A stretch of 17,320 nucleotides of DNA from a virus (taxonomy: Duplodnaviria > Heunggongvirae > Uroviricota > Caudoviricetes): positions 1-17,320 of the IMG/VR virus record IMGVR_UViG_2563366829_000011; one strand, 5' to 3'. The notes below the pieces were generated by a model. It searched no databases, was not told the DNA's origin, and was given only the letters and a program-made list of their open reading frames with translations. The position numbers and the translations under genes were made by a program. Below, in pieces: positions 17,114-17,320 of the stretch. Within the stretch, counting starts at the first letter, position 1, and each line of letters starts with the position of its first letter.

Positions 17114-17320
17114 AGTAGACTGGCCCCCTGAATCACCAGACAACCAATATCACTTATTTAAGTGATAGTCTTAATACTAGTTTTTAGACTAGTCATTGGA
17201 GAGCAGATGATTGATGTCTTAGGACCGGAGAAACGCAGACGGCGTACCACACAGGAAAAGATCGCAATTGTTCAGCAGAGCTTTGAACCAGGGATGACGG
17301 TCTCCCTCGTTGCCCGGCAA
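17114..17320 (+). mobile_element. IS2 insertion sequence, right copy, partial (runs off window end); inverted relative to the left copy
   Basis: TAGACTGGCCCCCTGAATCACCAGACAACCAATATCACTTATTTAAGTGATAGTC... is identical to the reverse complement of 355-561. Confidence 0.9.
17206..17320 (+). CDS. insC: IS2 OrfA (InsC-like), 5' part only; continues beyond window end
   Basis: ATG at 17206; [38 protein letters not shown]... Confidence 0.8.

Noticed and set aside
15542-17143. 533 aa ORF on the minus strand
   Set aside because: Lies entirely antisense to the J-like gene, which is clearly coding. The product is Arg/Cys/Pro/His-rich low-complexity sequence typical of spurious antisense ORFs in GC-rich DNA, with no RBS.
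1-17320. CRISPR arrays, tRNA or rRNA genes, and phage attachment sites
   Set aside because: I saw no regularly spaced direct repeats with unique spacers and no rRNA-like or cloverleaf-like segments. Any attachment site next to int would lie beyond the IS2-truncated end. tRNA absence is not formally proven without a tRNA scan.

Overview
This 17.3 kb window is a decayed Rac-type lambdoid prophage remnant from an E. coli/Shigella-like genome; I found no convincing wholly novel gene system in it. Nearly every ORF matches a known Rac or lambda protein. All identifications come from reading the sequence and from memory of protein families; no database search was run.

Layout:
- Two identical IS2 copies in inverted orientation bracket the window (1-561 on minus; 17114-17320 on plus). 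They truncate the integrase gene on the left and tail gene J on the right.
- Left arm (562-8917, minus-strand early genes): intR fragment, xisR, ydaC, ralR/lar, recT, recE, racC, ydaE, kilR, then sieB (plus), ydaF, ydaG, the repressor racR, and ydaS, ydaT and a ydaU fragment (plus).
- An IS629 (8918-10227) with no target-site duplication joins the ydaU fragment directly to a 5'-truncated tail tape-measure gene.
- Right arm (10228-17113): lambda-like tail genes H', M, L, K, I and truncated J.
- Replication, lysis and head modules are absent. No rRNA, tRNA or CRISPR array was seen.

Worth follow-up:
- The inverted IS2 bracket and the TSD-less IS629 junction.
- An ATGTACT (GTAC-core) operator-like motif with 24 bp spacing on both sides of racR, with a predicted near-leaderless racR promoter.
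- The intact racR-ydaS-ydaT module inside an otherwise dead prophage.
- Several intergenic hairpins and palindromes.
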